The translations under genes and the position numbers were made by a program. Below, in pieces: positions 58,469 through 62,152 of a stretch of 62,152 nt of DNA (positions are counted from its first letter, which is position 1; the number at the start of each line of letters is the position of its first letter). The notes under the pieces were generated by a model. That model made no database searches, was not told where the DNA came from, and was given only the letters and a program-made list of their open reading frames with translations. This DNA comes from a virus. Its lineage: Duplodnaviria > Caudoviricetes. The stretch is taken from the IMG/VR virus record IMGVR_UViG_3300014501_000005, positions 1-62,152 of that record. One strand, written 5' to 3'.

Positions 58469-58919
58469 TCCGAAAGACCGTAAGGGACTGCCGATTGTGA
58501 CAGGAGTTCTTGACTACTTTCCACTTGCATTAGCTGAGGTTGCCAAGGTCTCAGTCATCGGCAACAACCAACACAATCCAGGACAGCCCTTACACTGGGC
58601 AAAAGAGAAGTCAACCGATCATGCGGATTGCATTGGTCGGCATCTGGTTCAGCGCGGGACCATTGACACTGATGGCGCACGGCACTCGGCTAAACTTGCG
58701 TGGCGGGCGTTAGCTAATCTTGAGATCGAGCTGGAGCAAGTGGAAAAACAAGAGCCACAATCCGATAAGGACTGTGGCAAGATCGATCACTATAAGTTTA
58801 AGGACCCCTGTCCTCAATGTGAGGAGGGACCCTCTGCAGGTGGAGGTGCATACAATGACCCAGCTAACTTATATTCACCGGACATCATTATCACCGCTAA
58901 GAAAGCACTTGGCTATTAA
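58452..58919 (+). CDS. DUF5664 dATP/dGTP diphosphohydrolase-like protein
   Basis: K.P...L.YFP.AL.EVA.VS..G..H, W, D...RHL, D.DG..H.A..AWRALA. Confidence 0.75.
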   Translation: MMLPSDPKDRKGLPIVTGVLDYFPLALAEVAKVSVIGNNQHNPGQPLHWAKEKSTDHADCIGRHLVQRGTIDTDGARHSAKLAWRALANLEIELEQVEKQEPQSDKDCGKIDHYKFKDPCPQCEEGPSAGGGAYNDPANLYSPDIIITAKKALGY

Positions 58920-59574
58920 ATGCTTCTGATTCCGCTAGCAGCGCTTCTTCTAATTGTTCTGCTGTTAGCACTGGCGCTTCATCCGTAAAGGCAGCCTTGA
59001 GTTCTGGATAAGCCTTCTCAATGATCTTCCACCAGAGCCCTTGCATTGCTTGGCGAAAGACCGAGACATCCACAAGCCATTCGAGGTTAGCGGCTAATGC
59101 AGCTTCCCTCAGCGTCGCATACAGCCAACGTCCATGAAGTGTACCGTCATGGGGTTCGCCGGATATTTCTTCGAGTATCCACTTTCTAAAGCGCACGTCA
59201 GCCACTTCAAGAAGCCGTTTGAGATCATCAAGTCTCAGGCGGCTTTTTGTTGTATGGAGAACAACATGACCATCTGGCTTAACGGGGTTAAACAGTGGAA
59301 GTTCACAGTCTTCTATCATCCACTTAAAGAAGTTTCTAACACATCGAAGCTCTATCTCTATTGTAGACCTATTGACACCCGCGCGTATCCGACTGATACG
59401 GTAATCGGCTATGTCTGTGATAGTGAAGGATTCGATGCCAAGGTTATTTGGAAAGAAGGACAGGAACCGTTCGAGATGCGTATCAACAAAGTAAAAGCGT
59501 TCCCGCCCATAGAGCTTGAGAACGAAGCTCTCGTAGCGACCGAGCCAAACTCGAATGTTGTATTTGATAGCCAC
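58897..59574 (-). CDS. Degenerate tyrosine-recombinase-like DNA-binding protein
   Basis: Core-binding domain (T..DI..Y...R......STI..EL..VR.FF.W...NPV) is intact; catalytic R, HxxR, H/W and Y are not recognisable. Confidence 0.7.
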   Translation of the reverse strand: MAIKYNIRVWLGRYESFVLKLYGRERFYFVDTHLERFLSFFPNNLGIESFTITDIADYRISRIRAGVNRSTIEIELRCVRNFFKWMIEDCELPLFNPVKPDGHVVLHTTKSRLRLDDLKRLLEVADVRFRKWILEEISGEPHDGTLHGRWLYATLREAALAANLEWLVDVSVFRQAMQGLWWKIIEKAYPELKAAFTDEAPVLTAEQLEEALLAESEAFNSQVLS

Positions 59575-59589
59575 CTTGAAATGGGTCCC

Positions 59590-59958
59590 TTATGACTGAG
59601 AAGAAGCCTTCTTCATTCGAATATCGTTGTCCACAAACGCGCAACAGCCAAACTGAATATCAACGATTGCTGGCTGCGGCTGGTCAACTTCACCACCAGT
59701 CCCGGCAACTGATTGAGGCTTCTCTTCATGCTCGACTGCGGGGTCTGCCATCATCACAGGATGATTACACCGACCTCTACCGACTTGATCGCGAAACACT
59801 TGACCTTCTGTGCGCCCACGTAGCCACTTGCAATCTTTGCAATGGTACGGACCTGAAGCGGCATATCCGGCGAGCTTCGTTCCGATCCATTTGATAGGGG
59901 GAACGGCGGAATCTACGAACGTCTGGAGTTTGATTAGTGATACTTCTTGTTTTGTCAT
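59590..59958 (-). CDS. Cys-rich hypothetical protein
   Basis: CKDC, C.HP, GCC; TAATG-coupled to the giant protein. Confidence 0.6.
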   Translation of the reverse strand: MTKQEVSLIKLQTFVDSAVPPIKWIGTKLAGYAASGPYHCKDCKWLRGRTEGQVFRDQVGRGRCNHPVMMADPAVEHEEKPQSVAGTGGEVDQPQPAIVDIQFGCCAFVDNDIRMKKASSQS

Positions 59959-62152
59959 TAGCGACCTGTCGTTCCTTGGCTCAAGGCGTTCCCAGTTCCG
60001 TATCCACTAGATGTCTTTTGCGTAGTACGATCCAATAGCCCCTGAAATGCATTCATCATTTGTTGCTTGTATTCACGAATATTCTCAAGTTGCTTTTGTT
60101 GCGCTTGGGGATCGCTGGAGGGATTCGCCATTATTTTCTTTTGCATAGTATTCAAAGCTCCAAGCCGTTGCTGCATAGTCGTGGCTAATCCGCCCTTCCA
60201 AATCTCCTCCGCATGAGCTTGATGATATTGCTCGGCTTTCACGGAGTCAATTTGCTTTAACTGATTGTAGTTATTGAGGGCTTGCGTGACCTGTCCAATG
60301 GAATTGTAGAACTTCTGTTGAGCATTGATATCCGCTTGATTGATTGGAGTACCGGAGAAGGGACCAGCGGGCTTGGTTGCACCCTGAGTCGCGGGATAGT
60401 TCTTCGCGAAAAACGGATCAGTCAATGCCTCCATATTACGTGCGCCAGCCCCTAATATCCCGCGAGAGATATGTTCAAGGCGTTGTGGGGATGTGCCAGT
60501 CGCTCCCCCAAGTGCCATCATAGTTGGGCTAACGTTCTTTGCACCAAGCCCTTGAAGCTCTGGGGATACCTTTGGATTAGTTACGATTGGCGCGAACCGC
60601 CCAAACTGATCTGTCTTGTTAAAGGCTTCCTCGATTGGAACCCGAATAGCCGGATTGATCTGACTGCCAACTGACATCGCGGTCTTGCCAAGCAGTTCAG
60701 CAGCAGTTGACCGGGCGCTTGTAAACGCCTGCGCATCAAAGTTCGGATGGCCAGGTATGAACCCAGAAGCTGCATTCGCGATTAGTTGTGTCACAGGACG
60801 TGGATCAGCATGGGTTTTCATTATACTGTCCATCTCTTTATACATCGCGTCTTCCATGGGTTGGAAAAAGGTTCGGACGAAATCTGGTTTACTGACTCGA
60901 TGATAGATTGGATTACCGTCAACGTCACTCTTGCCGGTTAGCCCAACCCAATATTTCATTTTATCTGAATCAGAAACCTTCGCCCAAAGCGAGTTTCCCT
61001 TATCGTCCTTCTGTTGAAGGTTGTGAGAGATGAGGGCGAGAGTTGGAATTGCAACGGCTAGTCCCGCGAGCATTAACTTACCACGATATTCATGGTCAGC
61101 CGCAAGCGCAAGGTCGCTGCGAATGTGTGCCCAATCTGCCCGTAAGAAGGTGGTCATGCTACTAAGCGCACCATCACTTGCGCCCATTTGCGCATAATCG
61201 GGAATAGGTCCACGGGTGATCGTTTTGAATGTCGCGGCTTCAGGATCGTATCCAGCTTGTCTGAGTCGATTGTAATGATATTGTTGAATGGTATTGGGGA
61301 TTAGCTCACTGAGTTGACGATAAGATTCAAGTGGACGCTTAGTAACATTCGTAAGCGGCCCCTTCGCCCCAAGTTGCATGTTGTTAAGGCGATCTTCGGG
61401 ATACATCATTGTTGTTAATGAGTTACGAGCCAGTCCTGTCTTGGCTGCCTCAACCCATTTATCGTCATGAGTCCAAGTTGACTTAACAGCATCCTTGGCT
61501 GCTGATAACATCGCTGGCGGGTCTTTCATCATCTTCTCAAATAGGTTGCTATACTTTGGACCTTCGCCTGTTATCAACTCACGCCCAATAATATTCGGTA
61601 ACGCAACACCAAGTTGCCACGCGGGGTTACCAACGGTAGTTAATCCCTTGAACATGCTATTGACATATCGAAGAGCAATGTTGGTCGCGCTATGAGTTTG
61701 AAGCATGGAGGAATTATCAAGTGATTCCCCAAGCGATTGGGGAACGGCATACCGGGTTTGAATTCCATTCTCGTATTTCCCAACGACCATCTCGCCCTTA
61801 ACTGGTTGATAGTCATTATGAACGGGAGTAAAGTACTGCGCAATATCGGGAATCTTCTTAGCTGCATCGAGGAAGGTTCCAAGAGTTCGGTTACGATAAA
61901 ACTCACGGATTGACTCAGCGGCCCCATCAGCCCCAGCCTGCCAAGGATCAACGTTGGTTCTTTCGGAACCCATCAGTTGATGAATGACATTCTGTTGGCG
62001 TAGATAGAGCGGGGAGTTTTTGCCATAGAACTTTTTATTCGCATCCGCAGCCGTCTCAAGAATCCTACGCATAGGAACGTATTCATCGCCGCGAGCGGTG
62101 TAGGTTTGGTAAGCTTCTTTGGTAATGATACTATTCTTACCGCCGTTGTTGG
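59958..62152 (-). CDS. Giant internal virion protein, C-terminal part, with LPD38-like region
   Basis: In frame with 1..3964. The segment W..VSDSDKMKYWV...IYHRVSKPDF...NPAIRVPIEEAFNK...GRFAPIV resembles the LPD38 domain of large polyvalent/internal virion proteins. Confidence 0.75.
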   Translation of the reverse strand, partial: NNGGKNSIITKEAYQTYTARGDEYVPMRRILETAADANKKFYGKNSPLYLRQQNVIHQLMGSERTNVDPWQAGADGAAESIREFYRNRTLGTFLDAAKKIPDIAQYFTPVHNDYQPVKGEMVVGKYENGIQTRYAVPQSLGESLDNSSMLQTHSATNIALRYVNSMFKGLTTVGNPAWQLGVALPNIIGRELITGEGPKYSNLFEKMMKDPPAMLSAAKDAVKSTWTHDDKWVEAAKTGLARNSLTTMMYPEDRLNNMQLGAKGPLTNVTKRPLESYRQLSELIPNTIQQYHYNRLRQAGYDPEAATFKTITRGPIPDYAQMGASDGALSSMTTFLRADWAHIRSDLALAADHEYRGKLMLAGLAVAIPTLALISHNLQQKDDKGNSLWAKVSDSDKMKYWVGLTGKSDVDGNPIYHRVSKPDFVRTFFQPMEDAMYKEMDSIMKTHADPRPVTQLIANAASGFIPGHPNFDAQAFTSARSTAAELLGKTAMSVGSQINPAIRVPIEEAFNKTDQFGRFAPIVTNPKVSPELQGLGAKNVSPTMMALGGATGTSPQRLEHISRGILGAGARNMEALTDPFFAKNYPATQGATKPAGPFSGTPINQADINAQQKFYNSIGQVTQALNNYNQLKQIDSVKAEQYHQAHAEEIWKGGLATTMQQRLGALNTMQKKIMANPSSDPQAQQKQLENIREYKQQMMNAFQGLLDRTTQKTSSGYGTGNALSQGTTGR
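62030..62152. repeat. Terminal overlap copy 2
   Basis: Identical to bases 1-123. Confidence 0.95.

Larger units (their letters stand above)
3837..59587. repeat. Dispersed bipartite motif GACCC-N5/6-AGGTGG (19 exact copies + 1 variant)
   Basis: Plus: 3837, 8048, 12590, 17625, 24641, 28981, 36069, 40021, 46365, 48457, 58828. Minus: 4076, 12463, 19339, 34254, 40682, 48999, 53339, 59571, and variant 43931. Confidence 0.9.

Noticed and set aside
58897-59574. Functional integrase implying lysogeny
   Set aside because: Catalytic residues are not recognisable, and I see no repressor/cro pair or attP.
3837-59587. Dispersed motif as a CRISPR array or merely Shine-Dalgarno sequences
   Set aside because: Copies are kilobases apart with no repeat-spacer structure; many are mid-gene or antisense, and the GACCC half is not explained by SD function.
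1-62152. Alternative genetic code, introns or a diversity-generating retroelement
   Set aside because: Core genes are full length in code 11 with tight stop/start coupling; no reverse transcriptase or template/variable repeat pair was seen.

Overview
The window is an apparently complete, circularly permuted tailed dsDNA phage genome of about 62,029 bp: bases 1-123 repeat exactly at 62030-62152, inside an open gene. The layout is podovirus-like with two arms. The minus-strand arm (32.3 kb to 1, wrapping to 58.9 kb) carries TerS, TerL, a block of accessory virion and membrane genes including a DUF3494 ice-binding-domain fusion, portal, scaffold, major capsid protein, GH108 lysin, tail adaptor, an apparently split tail nozzle and internal virion proteins ending in a ~2,011-aa protein across the junction. 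The plus-strand arm (33-58.9 kb) carries small early genes, a phiEco32-like amidoligase cluster, an ECF-type sigma factor, Sak4/SSB/exonuclease, a UDG-PolA fusion, an AAA_25 helicase and nucleotide enzymes. The strongest unexplained signal is a bipartite motif, GACCC-N5/6-AGGTGG, found 19 times plus 1 variant, spread around the genome in both orientations and in several reading frames. One copy overlaps the start codon of a catalytically degenerate tyrosine-recombinase-like gene. Also seen: three copies of a likely phage-sigma promoter (one antisense to the sigma gene), back-to-back sigma54 promoters, a type II hammerhead ribozyme, several structured intergenic RNAs and likely CTG/ATC start codons. 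All family calls come from motif recognition by eye; no database searches were run.
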